A DNA stretch of 62,013 bases, filler included, from Kipferlia bialata (taxonomy: Eukaryota), in assembly GCA_003568945.1 (NCBI GenBank). It is 7 parts of 7 records of this genome, joined end to end, with 100 filler letters (N's around TTAATTAATTAA, not from the genome) between each part and the next. Parts side by side here need not be neighbours in the genome. Positions count along the whole stretch, not along the records: positions 6,801 to 18,421 come from BDIP01001213.1; positions 18,522 to 30,137 come from BDIP01001214.1; 5 more parts are not named here. One strand, 5' to 3'. The notes below the pieces were generated by a model, which worked only from the letters and a program-made list of their open reading frames with translations, ran no database searches and was not told the origin of the DNA. Position 1 is the first letter of the stretch; each line of letters begins with the position of its first letter. Positions 12,956 to 26,700 of this stretch are shown one piece after another. A program made the position numbers and the translations under genes.

Positions 12956-14222
12956 CTACTCTGAATCGGAGTGCTGTGCCACCCGCATTGCATCAAAGGC
13001 CGCCCCAATACCAGTCTGGAACTCTTCCCAGTCAATGCCCTCGCTGGGGGGTGGGGGGATAGACCATGTCACAAAGACAAAGAATACAGAGTAGGGATCA
13101 TGTACGAGAATATGATGTAGTATTCGTGTGTACCTCTTGTCTGTGTCCAGATAGTCGTAGAGCACACTCATTGTGAACTTCTCGTCTGGCTCCGCCATGC
13201 CCAGCTCTATCAGCAGGGCTGGTGTGGGGGGAGGGGGGGGGGTGAGGGATGATGTATAAGAGAGACAATGCACCTGGCCACTCCTCCCTCTCCAGCAGCT
13301 GGTTGTGGTTGGTGTCATGTCGGTCAAACAGGGCGCGGAGCCTGTGGTGAGAGACTGCAGGTGACCAACACAGTGAATCATCAGACCAAGTAAATACCTG
13401 GTCTTCGACGACAGCAGACCTCTGAGGTCATTGTGATCCCTTGCAGCAATGAGGTCTCTCTCTCTGGAACGTCAGATATATATAGACTCAACCTAGAAGT
13501 TTGGCAATGAGAGTGTTCAAGCTAGTATGTCACATGGTGACTCACACCTGGCGAGAGAGTACTCCTCATCGTGCTCAATGACAAACTCATGATCGTCGTG
13601 AGCAGTGATGACCTGAAGGTGGGGGCTAATACGGGTTCTATCGTGGCGACGAGAAGAGATGGATGCACTACAAGCACTCAAATTATATATGTGTTACGGT
13701 CCTCTCCTATACACTCATACACTGCGTCTCCCCACACCTCCATCATGAATGTCATGTACTCGTCCTTGTCGACCGTCCCATCTCGGTTGGTGTCTAGGGT
13801 GTTGAAGATACCTGCGATCAGCCACACCATACACTACACACCATACCATTAAACTCTACACAATGCCGCCACTCGTGGTTTTACACCTAACTCCAGTCTT
13901 CATATGAATTATATCCGCAATATGTATAGAGTATTAAAGACATACCGCATATTGTGCTGAGTGGGAATGCTTCGCCATAGAAGAAGCGCAGACAGTTTGT
14001 GGCCTATTGGTGAGGGAACAAACCAATGATCCAAAAATAGAATGGTCAAAAATAGATCACCTCCGAGAGGCTCAGAATACCGTCCCCATTCTCATCAAGC
14101 TCGTCGAACTTGGCTGCAAGAGAGGTCTTAGTGAACTTCATGACGGCCGGGCAAGAGATTCCCTGTGACAGTCTCGTTGTGTCCAAACGTGTATCAGTGC
14201 TGGAGTCATTTTTCTCAGACAT
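12956..14222 (-). CDS. EF-hand calcium-binding protein
   Basis: Three EF loops lie across exons: FDELDENGDGILSLSE, FNTLDTNRDGTVDKDEY and YLDTDKSEGIDWEEF. Confidence 0.8.
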
Positions 14223-14383
14223 ACGGTCGGATATCCGAACGTGTAGAGTGCAATTAGTATATATATATATATCTATATATATAATTCGATGTATATATCC
14301 GGCCGGTACAGCACTACCAGTAGTAACTGGAATATAGCCAACAGTACTAAGATAGAGCTCCGCGCATACCCAATACACCATGT

Positions 14384-14549
14384 TCACCCCCATCTAGCTA
14401 GAAGAGCACTAGCGGCTGCTGCCCCTACATCTGGGTCCAGGGCCAAGGTATACACAGCAGACATGTGCCCATCCTGGTCTGTGAGACTGAGATATCCTGC
14501 TAGATATGCTCTCACCCACATGCACAATGACACACACGCATACACGCAT

Positions 14550-14582
<33 letters not shown>

Positions 14583-17500
14583 CATATATTAGAGTAGATC
14601 TATATACATAAGTATAGAAGAGCACGGTCACCCACCTGCAGCGCCCTGGCCAGCAGTGCCCTCTTGAGCGTGGGTCTGATGGACATGGGCATCAGAGCCA
14701 CCTCAGCCAGTCTCCGCTGGATAGCCCTTGTAGTCTCATCCTCTGATGTCTTGGCCACACTGGGGAACACATCCACCCCCTCCGCACCATCCTTGGCACC
14801 TCTCTTCGGGGGCGGGGGGGAGGGAGACATCTCCGTGGGGGGTGACGTCGGGGGTGGGGCGTGCTCACCCAGAGTGCCTATGTGTCTATCCGCTGACAGA
14901 TGCAGCTCTACGTTGCACAGAACCTCCTGCCTCAGGGCCTTGGGGAGGTCGGCCAGGAAATCCGAGGAGACCCCCTTGAGTGAGTTGTCGGGATTGGCCT
15001 TGGCCCTCAAAGACTTGGCCGCCATCTTCTCATGCATCGCCCTCCGCTTCTCAGCACGGGCCTTGGCCGCCTTCGGGTCGGTTCTGAGACGCACGTTGGC
15101 ATAGCGCATCTCTAGGCCTCTGAGGTCGCAGATGCCGAACTCGACATTCCCGAGCTGGGGGTATATCTCATTCAGCAGGTCCTGTCCCATCTGCGAGGTG
15201 GTCTTGGCCTTGTCTACCGCACATGCTACGGGATAGGCCACTGTGCGGCCACAGCCGAGGTGCTTGGCGCAGTTGACGTCCTCACCTGGGGCCCTCATGT
15301 TGAGTGTGAGGGTCAGTCTCTTCCCAGTCAGACCAGCCATTCTGGGGTCAGCAGCGTGAGGGGGAAATACTCCAGTCATTGCTGTAATACACACTGACCA
15401 CATACCTAGTGTCTAGCTCCCTAGAGAGTGATGCGACATACTCCGATGCCTCCTGCATACTGGTGACCCTGACACCCCAGTTGAGGTGGACAGAGACCTA
15501 GGGGGAGAGGAGAGAAGGGTGGACATCATACACTGTACATGGGAGACCAACATATGGGCCAAGCTGATACCGACCCCACCTGCTTCGGGGCCTTCTTGGG
15601 TCTGTTGACACCCACGGCACTGAACACCCTGGGTCAGACAGTAGAGAACAAGGCATCGCAACAGTGGATATTAATGAATGGGATACAGAGGCAACTGCAT
15701 TGACTGTGGCTAGTGTCGTCACCTGTCCGAGTGTCCGTTTGCATTCTCCATTAGGGTGACGCCCTGCTTGGGACCCAGGATGGCCTTGGCCTGGTGTTAG
15801 GAGATAGTAGTATTCATGTATATTTATGTGTGTGGATACAACACAGGACTCAACTCCGGCCATACCTGGGTGAGGTCCATTCTGGCCAGCTGGCCACATG
15901 TCTTGATACCGGCCTCGTCAAGCCTGGCAGTCAGGTACCCATGAACAACTCGTTATGAACATGTATGGTAGGGCCCTACCTCCTCGTGATACTAGGCCCC
16001 ACACCAGGCAGGGCAGATGGGGGTTGACCGGCCAGACACTGTGCTGTCTCTCTCTTGCTCAGGTAGGCAGCGCCGTTAGGCTTGGCCTACTAGTCAGTGT
16101 CAGTATCCGTATAGAGTACTACAACACCCACACCTGCTTGGTGGCCACTCTGGCACAGAGGAGGGAAGGACCAGCACCCACACTGCACTGGATACCTGGA
16201 TGTAAGATACTGTGTAGACAGAGAGAAGGAGATAAACCCCACGCGAAGAGACACTTGGGATAGTACCTGTCACTCTCTCGACAGTCTCCCTGAGCCTTTT
16301 GGCCAGTGCCATAGCCTGGTCTGCATCGGGTACAGTGTCACTAGTGGCAGAGGGGTCTGTCTCACCCGGGGTCTGGTCACCTCCGAAGTAGTGTCTGTAG
16401 AGTCCTGTGACATCGATATATGCCTCATCACAGGACACAGGTTCGACAGCTGAAGACAGAGCAGCAAGGACTCGGTAGAACCTTCGGTCAGTATCAGTAT
16501 CAGAGTTCACTCCCACACCACTATGACCACTACCCCACCTCCTTGACACCGCCTTGTACGTGTCATACGCATAGGGCACAACCACTGCGGTGGGACAGAG
16601 CTCCAGGGCCTGCTTCAGCCACATGCCGTTCTTCACCCCACTCGCCCTGGCTGGGTAGTTGCAGGAGGAGACGTCTGCACTGCCGGCAGAGGTGGAGTGG
16701 CTAACAAACACAGGCCGGTTCAGGTAGGCACCCCTCTCCTCAGGGGGTAGGGCCAGAATGGATGCCTGGATGGTAAGACATACACCGGAGTGTGTGTGTG
16801 ACTGGATACAATAAGGGTACCTGGACAAAGAAGCAGTCCAGGTCTGCGTGGAAGTATATCCTGTCTCTGGCCCCAGGGGGCAGGGAGGGGACAGGACCCC
16901 TGGCAGTCTGTGTGGATAGAAAGTCAATGGCGTCCTGGGGGTAGAGGGGGGAGACAAAAAGGAGGCAGACAGGCCACTGACCCTACCTGCTTGTAGGCGC
17001 CCAGTTTCGAGAGCCGACTCTTCTTATAGAAGTCCTGCACGCTGAACCCTTGCCCATCCAGACCCAGGGACCCGGCCTCGCCCTCCTTCTTCTGTCCCCC
17101 TTCAGGTACACTCTTGGTACCACTTGTATCTGCAACCCCTTCAGTCTCCCCTAGATCTACCCCGTCCAGCAGGTTCTTGGCCGCCTCGACACTCCTCAGA
17201 GATGCCGCATACTCCTAATGGATAAGCGAGAGATCGTTAGAGAAGTGTCCAGGTTGAATACATATTGAATACGCACACTGATTTCGTCCGTTGGCTCACC
17301 GACCACCATTCCATACTTTGTCCTTGTCTCACTGATACACTGCCTGTCCTGGTGTCTTGTGATGGCAGCACATCCCCTCAGCAGTCTGTTCCTCCGTCGG
17401 TTAACCTTCTTTGACCTCGCTAGCACAGCCAACGGAATCGTGTAGACCATGGTGACAGGCTCAGCCGGTTGTGTGTCTACTCCCTCCTCTCCACTGACAG

Positions 17501-18304
17501 TGGTACCAATATCAGTGGTGGGATGGTCTTCAACAGATCCCCCCTCCTCCGTTGTGTTCCATGCCTCTGCATCTGCCCGTGCCTCTATGACTCTGCGGGT
17601 CTCACTTCTAGCATCTCCTGTAGTGTTGTCACTATCACCACCACTACCACTACCCTTATCAGTGTCACCACTGGTGTCTGGAACAGTGGGGCTGGCCCCA
17701 TCTGGTTGGTCAGGCCGTGCCTGGTTGTAGGTGTGCCTACCCAGCTGGGCCCTGTCTGGGGGTCAGGGCCGGAAGTAGACACTGCACCACACACCAGTAG
17801 ACACTACCCACCTCCAGCCTTGATTGAGAAGTCTCTAGGGTTCAGTCTAACCCTGATGTGAGGGTGTGTACAGTACACCAAAACATAGCCTCTCTACCAC
17901 TGATGTACATATGAAGGATACGCGAGATCCTCTCCAGACGGAGTGTAAACGCACCCCTGTATGGCACTCTGCACTATCCAGTCCGGGGTCACGCAGGGCA
18001 GGGCATGGAAGAGACGCTTCTTGTTGGGGGCTAGCTGCATAGCAACCACGACATTCACACCTGGCGAGGTAGGGCGTGATGGGCGTGATATATACACATC
18101 CAACTGTGCTCATACCCCTCCCCCACAATATCACCCACCTGTGAGGGCCTGGGACATGAAGCGCCCCCCTCCATGCGTAATGATCTCCTGGCGGTAGCAA
18201 GATATGCATCTGACATATACTACGTCAAGGATACCGATAAGGTTCGAATGTCCATCATATGACCTTGCGATAGAAGACGAGAAGAACTCGTATTCAGTAT
18301 GCAT
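14384..18304 (-). CDS. REV1: REV1 translesion deoxycytidyl transferase (BRCT + Y-family polymerase)
   Basis: N-terminal BRCT (IITHGGRF...CVTPDWIVQS), N-digit-like FYKKSRLSKLG, catalytic HADLDCFFV, SCNYPARASGVKNGMWLKQALELCP, the REV1-type VSCDEAYID, and CAKHLGCG. Confidence 0.92.
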
Positions 18305-18537
18305 GGAGTGAAAAGCCAAGAAGAATGTGCCCGGAGAAGATTGAGTTGAATGACCAATCAGAAAGAATCGGGGAGACAGAGGTGAGGGGGGGGGGGGGGG
18401 GGAACACGGTGGGGGGTTTACNNNNNNNNNNNNNNNNNNNNNNNNNNNNNNNNNNNNNNNNNNNNTTAATTAATTAANNNNNNNNNNNNNNNNNNNNNNN
18501 NNNNNNNNNNNNNNNNNNNNNGAGAGGGAAGGGAAAA

Positions 18538-18560
<23 letters not shown>

Positions 18561-18575
<15 letters not shown>

Positions 18576-20214
18576 CCTACCTTGCCAGGGGGTTTCCGAT
18601 GAGGGATAGGTTGGTGAGACGCCTCAGGGTGGACAGATAGTCAATCTGGGGGTGAGTACAGGGAAAGAGAATACTCACTAAAAGAGGGGAAAGACAAACA
18701 TACTCACACCTGACTGACCCATATCAAGTTGTGACATACACTCCCCCCCTCCATCTCTTTATATACGCCAATATAGACATATATCACAATCACTGTACCT
18801 GATACATGTCCTCCACCATGTTCTGACATATCTATATATACACTCATAGAGACAAATACTACAATGTGTATATACATACCTGATCCATGTCCTCCATGAG
18901 GTAGTGGCACATACAATCTCTCTCTCTCTCTCGCTCAATATATATATACATATACACAAATGATGTATATGCATTATATGTATCCTACTATGTACATACC
19001 TGATCCATGTCCTCCATGAGGTTGTGTGCCAGGCCCAGCTGGGTGACACGCTGGAACAGCACAATACCAGCCATGTCTCTGAAGGTGAGAGAGAGAGATA
19101 TTGAAGTATACAAGAGGGGGGGGGGGGTAAGTGGAGACAATACCCTGGCCCAACTTCATGGGTTAGAGGAGAGAATTGGAGTCATTGGTGCGTTCCAGGT
19201 AACTACCACTACCCACCTGATGTTGTTGCCGGATAGGTACAGGGCCTCGACATTCCTATACCGCTCTGGCAGGGTGTCAATCTCACAGATGGACCTCTCA
19301 GCCGCTGAGGTCAGTATAATAGGATATGGTACTTAATGCTATGCATGCGGGTGTATATGAGCATCTACAAGAGTATCACTGAGACCCAGATAACTAGGGA
19401 GAGAGAGAGGGGGGGGGGGGGGGCTTACATGAGTATACAGGGTATGGAGAGAACACATAGTCATCTACATTACATGCTGCCCTGGCATACCTGATATCTT
19501 GGTGGGGCTGAATGCCAGGGGGTACAGCTGCAGAGCCTGAGGGTCAGGAATCATAGGAGAGTAATATGTATAGAGAGAGAGTGAGGGAGGGGGAGAGAAA
19601 CAGCATATAATGCCAGGGGGTACAGCTGCAGAGCCTGAGGGTCAGGAATCAATAGAGTGACATAGATATATATAGAGAGAGAGTGGGGGGGGGGGGGGGG
19701 GGGGGGGGGGGGGAGGCAGTATTAGGAGAAACATTATATGACTGTAGGTAGAGAAGCAGGAGTAAATATCCAGATACAGCCGTATACATAGAGGAAAAGA
19801 ATGAATGAGTGAATGGTATACCATTCTCAGCCTCCTACTGAATACAGCTCCCACCTGACTGAGCGTGATGTCCTTCTTCAGAGGGTTGGACTTGGTCTTG
19901 ACACGCCTTGCCCTCAGCTCCTGCTGCTGGGGGTGAGAAGGAGGCATACCACCAATACAAGACGACATATGTACCAGTGATATTTGACACACTAAGGTTA
20001 TATGTCAATATATGACTCTGTGAAGTCAGTATCTCGTCAAACAAACCATAATGACATATAGCTGTGAGTGGAGTGGGAGTGTGGATGAGAGGAGTGACAT
20101 TTAGGGAAGACAAGTGATGTTATATACTGGCCATCAACTATATCCACCCACCTCCCGCGCCCTACTGGTGGCACTCAGACGTGACGCATAGCCTGTCGGC
20201 CCGTCTGGCTTCAT
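18561..20214 (-). CDS. SDS22-like leucine-rich repeat protein, 3' truncated by contig end
   Basis: Exons give NVEALYLSGNNI, RVTQLGLAHNLMEDMDQIDYLSTLRRLTNLSLIGNPLA. The first exon is MKPDGPTGY...RARE|GT. Confidence 0.75.
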
Positions 20215-20432
20215 GCCAGCCAAGGGTCGGTCAGACAGACTCCGTAGCGATGGTTAGAAGGAAGACGTCCAGTGGACAGTGCCAAGTGGTCACCCTACAC
20301 CCTTTTGTGCGAGTAGTTGCTGGTCCCTTAAAGGGACTCCCTTTAGCTTTTTCCTTCCAATAAATCTCAGCTGCTTTAGCCAGTAATCCAAAGCCAGAAC
20401 CCTCGGCGTCTACACTTGTACCAAGGCTGTAG

Positions 20433-22518
20433 ATGTCCTGCAAGATGACCAACGATCCCTCTGGGTCAGTGTCCGAGAAAGGCAGTGAGAGTGACAGCTA
20501 CCAGGACCCAGAGCTTGAGGGGGGCCTCTTTGGGACTGACTCCTGGGACGAAGATCAATTGTTTGGTGGTTTCTCTGACACGGATAGCAAGGGAGACGAG
20601 ACGGAGTCTCCACCTCCAGCTAGCCTAGCTGGACCAGCTAGGTCAGAAGTCCTGCTCAGCACAGAGAAGGTCTTCACGACTCCGGATATTGACATGTCCC
20701 TGTCAACCTTCGGGCCAGAGGTAACGTATTTGAATGCGTGTAGATATTATATACTGTTTCTCTCTCTCCTCCCCCCCCCCACACCCATCCCTTCTCTCTC
20801 TTATGGTAGTAATTCAGAATAACACAGGCATTCTTTTACTGGAATGCTATATAGTCCTCCCACATGTCTATATCCATATGTATATGTATGTCTAACCCAA
20901 TAGGACAGGCAGCTTGAGTGTGCCCTCTTCAACTACGAGTGCCTGGATATGGGTTATGCCACACTCAACCACCCAGTGGGTTTTGTTAGGTATGTAGACA
21001 TATATGTATTGATAAATGTGTACTATTATTCACAGTGTGGTAGAACCATATATATCCACATTACTACACATGGAGAGTGAGTGAGTACTGTTGGCTCTGT
21101 AAATACACACATATATTTGAGTATGAGTGTCTCCCTATATACAGGTATGTCTCACCCCTAGTGGCACTGTCGAGTGGGACATGTACTATGACTCAGAGTG
21201 CAGCGAAGGCCCATACTCGGTACAAACAGTATCCCTCTGTCCATCGTCTTTAGTATATACACTGGGTATTGGCTTCCTCTGAGTTAAAGTCACTCTACTC
21301 CCTGTATATATAGTGGTGTAATTCCAATGTAATTTCTCACCCCAGTTTGGGTTCTACCCCCCCAAGGCACTCCTCATGATGTGGGGGTTTGAGGTATGTT
21401 CCACTGCCATAGTGGGTGCCTGTCTCTATACTTTCAATTTCACAGTTCTACCTCGCCACTTGCAAACACTATTTGCTTCTCACCCAAGGGAGCCTATCTG
21501 GACCTTGTCCGGAACTACGATGGATATTCTCTGTATGGCACTGACCCCAAGGTGGGAACAGCACTTTTGCATAGGACAGAAAAGTATCCTTGACTGTGCA
21601 TTGTTGTATACATATCAGTATTACATTCTGAGACATCGCTTACACTGCGCACTGTATCTGTTATACCAGCTTACTGCCAGGACGGGTCACCTAAGTCTGA
21701 CTTCTACTGTAAGTGCTCCCACATGAGGTACAGTAGACTTCAGCAATGATACAGCCATTAATTACTCTATAATTACTCTATAGCTACATATATGAGTTGT
21801 TATTGATACAGACAGTGTCTGTGAGTCTGACAAATACAATATACATATGTATTATATATATGTCACGTACTACTTATCCTCCGGCAACAACGCCTCACAT
21901 TCATATACCACAGTACTGCTGTCTATGCAACGGCTAATATCTACCATCTCACCTTATCACTTACACTGTTTACACAAGTATATCAATACAAGTATATAAG
22001 TACACCGTCTCATCCCAGCTGCCACGCCCATGACAAGATGACACTCAGGGTAGACCACATCTCCAAGACAGTGGCATGGATCAACCACACAACGGTAGGG
22101 GTCTTGTGGTGTGTATGATGGTCACTTATACAATACCAGAACCAAGTGTGATTCTATACTTATGTCGCATCCTTCCGTCTACCAATAGCACGAGAAGCTA
22201 GTTAAGCCCCTTCCACGTGAGCCCCGTCCCGAGGGAGGCAACCCCCTGCCCCCCCAGGCCTTGGTCCCAGGGTACCAGGTCAGAATATATCAACACTGAT
22301 ATATATAGTGGTGGATATGGAGTCTTTATCACATAGACATTGTTAGTGTAATATGCGAGTGTGAATGTTTCGCGTTCTCACCTCAATTACCTGACTACTA
22401 ATCTGTGTACTCTGTCCTCAACCCGTTATAGGGTTGGCATGCGACGTCGCCTGGCAAGAATCTTGCAACATGCGAACGGGCCGTTACGGTGTCTGCTATA
22501 CTCACGTCAGGGGACTGA
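20433..22518 (+). CDS. Multi-exon hypothetical protein (acidic N-terminus, beta-rich, possibly SPRY-like)
   Basis: An acidic first exon is followed by AG/GT-bounded exons: GTVEWDMYYDSEC, FGFYPPK, DKMTLRVDHISKTVAWIN. The end position is approximate. Confidence 0.4.
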
Positions 22519-23070
22519 CAAGATGGTGATTACGGCATTCAGGCGCATAGCTGAGTGATGTTCACTCTGAATACCATCACACGTGAGAGAAGATGTATAT
22601 GGGTCCAATAGAGTATAGACTGATTCAACCAAAGTTTAGTATTCACTGAATACTCGTTAAATACTAGGGCCTAGTAATTGAATTGAATTCTCATCGTAAC
22701 TGAATCGAAAGGCTGTGGAATTCAGGTATTGATGAATATTTTCACTGACAAACGTTGTTTCACTGATGTCAAGAACATATTCATGTTACCGCAAATACAA
22801 CTTCATACACCATACTGATAATTCTGATCCTAATAGAATCTCATCTACTGTCACAGGAAGCCGGAACTTAACTACCATTACACAATCTATTCATTCTCGA
22901 CTACGGAGTAATGATAGGTCACTCAAGTTGTGGGTCTCTGGATAGTACCCGTGGACAGTCCACGGGCCGTGGACTGATCAGCCCATACTACTACTATTTC
23001 TGCTAATTCTACTAAATACTAGACTTGTTGAGGTCCAACCATAACTACTTGTGCCTTGGCGTGGGTACGT

Positions 23071-23712
23071 TTAGAGAGATGCCAGCAAAATCGCAGCTGT
23101 CCTGGGTGTTAGTATATATATATATGGAATTGTTTCGAAGTGACACCAAATTGTAGGATCTTCACTCCCCCGACCCCATACCTGAAAAGCGACGTCCATG
23201 TGTGTCAGGCAGGTGTCTGGCACTGATATGGTAGCTGTGCACTGGTGGGCTGATGGCAGCGCGAGGCGAGCGGCACCGACCACCAGCTCCAGCGTCACTT
23301 TCCCCTGGGGTAGCGNNNNNNNNNNNNNNNNNNNNNNNNNNNNNNNNNNNNNNNNNNNNNNNNNNNNNNNNNNNNNNNNNNNNNNNNNNNNNNNNNNNNN
23401 NNNNNNNNNNNNNNNTACTGTGTGTACTCGTCGTGGAGAGGGGTGAACTTGGAAAGCAGAGGCGCCACGTTGGTGTAACAGAGAAGGGAAGGGTCGTGTT
23501 GGACTAGGAACTCACTGAGGAGGCCACCCACCCGTGCAAGACCCTTTGCTGCTGGTGCATATATAACTAGCTGCTGGAGTGTGGTAGTCACCCCAGTGTC
23601 TGAGGTATCCATGGTAGCGAGAGACGCTAGAACCTGGTGTGCAGACTCGGTGGCAGATGACGAGAAGGAGCGGAAGGCCTCTTCGGAGGAGGCGACGGCC
23701 TCTCTCTCTGGG
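23071..23712 (-). CDS. Hypothetical protein fragment spanning a 100-N gap
   Basis: Open frames with coding-like composition on both sides of gap 23316-23415. No family is recognised. Confidence 0.25.
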
Positions 23713-23747
23713 TTTAGATATGTTGTGAAACTGTCAATACTAGTTTG

Positions 23748-26700
23748 TTAAGTCATGTCGTGAGCGGTATTACCTGATTCCGAGTCCTGAGCTACTTCTG
23801 GCTCAGGCAGTCCAATCGATGTCTGGTAACCATCTACATTCTCTCCAAGGTCATCACTGATCAGAGCTGTTCCCATGGTACCATCCCCATCCAGGGGGTC
23901 TTGGCTACTTAGCTTGACATACCCGCCATTATGTCTCATCCAACAGAAGACCAGAATGCCTATAACGGGTGTGATTGCGACAGCACCAACCACTATGAGG
24001 AGCCCCCACTGGAACGGAACAGCATCCACTCTATAGGACAGAGAGCAAGTCTCTGCTCCAGTTGCATCCTGTAGCGTCCACACTACCTCCACACACTCAT
24101 AGGCCCCGTCAGGGAGAGACCGTGTGTACACAATATCAATGGTCTCTGACTTGTCACCGCTCCACTGTGCCACAATCATCTGGTCCCAGGGATGCAACGT
24201 GGAGTCTGTAAGATCACACATGGCCGAGCTGATGGTAACGCCACTGAGAGGCCCAGTGAGTGTGGTGGCACATTGCACTGACACACCAGCAACATCCAAT
24301 GGGTCGATAGTGACGTGGGCCGCCTGGAAAGGGGTGTTGTAGGCTGACAGGGTGGTGGTGGCAGAGGGTGAGTCATAAACGACTGAGTGTGTCTCTACAA
24401 CATCCACTGTGTACTCACAAGAGAACGTGTGTGTGGCAGAGGACACCACGTGCTTCGCAGGGGTGTCATAGTGCACAGACCAGCAGTTATAACCTCCTAC
24501 ATGGAACTCGAGGTCTAAGGAGACATTGAAGGAAGAGGTGTAGGCAATTACTAGTTGATCATTGGAGACTGATGCACCGTCGCACACAGCGTTGTAGACA
24601 CCAACAGTGGTTCCATCAGCATTGTCTCCACTACAGTGTATATGTGCGTGTGCCATGGCTGGCACAACAACAACCCATTCTGTGTGCTGGTTGGAGTAGT
24701 AGTTGGCATTGACTATGGTGCCAGTGGGGTCGGTCAGGTAGATAGTGGCTGGCACGGGCACATACTCTGTTGAGGAGTAGTCGCACGTGAAGCCTGTGCC
24801 GGACAGATCACTCCCCTCTGTTTGGAAAGTCAGGTNNNNNNNNNNNNNNNNNNNNNNNNNNNNNNNNNNNNNNNNNNNNNNNNNNNNNNNNNNNNNNNNN
24901 NNNNNNNNNNNNNNNNNNNNNNNNNNNNNNNNNNNNNNNNNNNNNNNNNNNNNNNNNNNNNNNNNNNNNNNNNNNNNNNNNNNNNNNNNNNNNNNNNNNN
25001 NNNNNNNNNNNNNNNNNNNNNNNNNNNNNNNNNNNNNNNNNNNNNNNNNNNNNNNNNNNNNNNNNNNNNNNNNNNNNNNNNNNNNNNNNNNNNNNNNNNN
25101 NNNNNNNNNNNNNNNNNNNNNNNNNNNNNNNNNNNNNNNNNNNNNNNNNNNNNNNNNNNNNNNNNNNNNNNNNNNNNNNNNNNNNNNNNNNNNNNNNNNN
25201 NNNNNNNNNNNNNNNNNNNNNNNNNNNNNNNNNNNNNNNNNNNNNNNNNNNNNNNNNNNNNNNNNNNNNNNNNNNNNNNNNNNNNNNNNNNNNNNNNNNN
25301 NNNNNNNNNNNNNNNNNNNNNNNNNNNNNNNNNNNNNNNNNNNNNNNNNNNNNNNNNNNNNNNNNNNNNNNNNNNNNNNNNNNNNNNNNNNNNNNNNNNN
25401 NNNNNNNNNNNNNNNNNNNNNNNNNNNNNNNNNNNNNNNNNNNNNNNNNNNNNNNNNNNNNNNNNNNNNNNNNNNNNNNNNNNNNNNNNNNNNNNNNNNN
25501 NNNNNNNNNNNNNNNNNNNNNNNNNNNNNNTGCTGCCGGGGTTGACCACCCATGTGTCCACTTGATTGTTGACATATCGGTCGTTTCCAAAGGCACCATC
25601 ACTGTCCGTCACATAGAACGATGCTCTGTCATATGTCTCGGATGAGTAAGAACAGGAGAACCCTCGGGCGCTGATGTAGTCTGTGTTGGCATCGAGGGCC
25701 AAGTAGAAGCAGTTGTCCCCGGTATGGTCTGAGAACACCATGTCTTGGGAAATGTTAACGGTTCCAATATTGACAGTGACCAGTGTCCCTGCACCCACAC
25801 TCTCTCCATCACAGTGAGCCGTGTAGAGAGACACGGTGTCCCCGACTGCAGTCACACCCGCACACTCCACGTGTGCATGGGCCATATCATCAACTGCCAC
25901 AACCCACTTGGTGTGCTGGCCGTTGTAGTAGTCGGGGCAGTCAACGGTGCCGGAGGGCGACTCCAGGAACACAGTGGCGTCTGTCTCAGTGGGAGAGGCA
26001 CTTGTGTAGTCACAAGAGAAGCCCGACCCTGTGCACTCACTGTCCTCAGTGTCGAACTGCAGGTACCAGCAGTTGAGGGACGTCGCAGCCCCGTCGATGT
26101 CCAGGGACAGCTCGTAAGACAGACTTGACAGATCACCAGGGAGAGTGTGCATCAGGTGGGAGGAGGTGGGTCCCACACCACTATCTGCATCGCAGTGGGC
26201 CACATATACACTCAGAATGTCGGTGTCTGTGTCTAGGGATCCCTCAAAGGTCAATGTTGCAGACCCAACCACAGAGTCTGGGTGCACGATGTAGACATCC
26301 TGCCTGATGTGAATAAGAGTACGTGACAATGAGAAAAATCACAACGAAAAACAAGACTCAGCAACTGTGAAGGGAAAGACGTACTGGTTGCTGAGGTAGC
26401 GCTCATTGGAGATCACTCCAGAGGTATCGGTGTACAAGTACGTGTGGGGGGTTGCCACATATGACCATGAGTATTCACCTGCTATCAGCCAAGAATACAG
26501 TTATACAGTATGTAGTGTGATTCACAGGGGGGCTTGCCATAGCAGTTGCGACATATCCTACTTACATGTGAATCCAGGGTAGTCTGTGCCCTGACTGTCG
26601 GTGAGCCAGGCAACATAGGCACAGTTCTCGGTGTCTGGTGTCAGAGGACACGGAGGGGTACTGAAGTATATCAATCATGACACTACATGTGTACTAACCA

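Noticed and set aside
24787..25602. Long ORFs in several frames
   Set aside because: They consist of X residues from the N gap.
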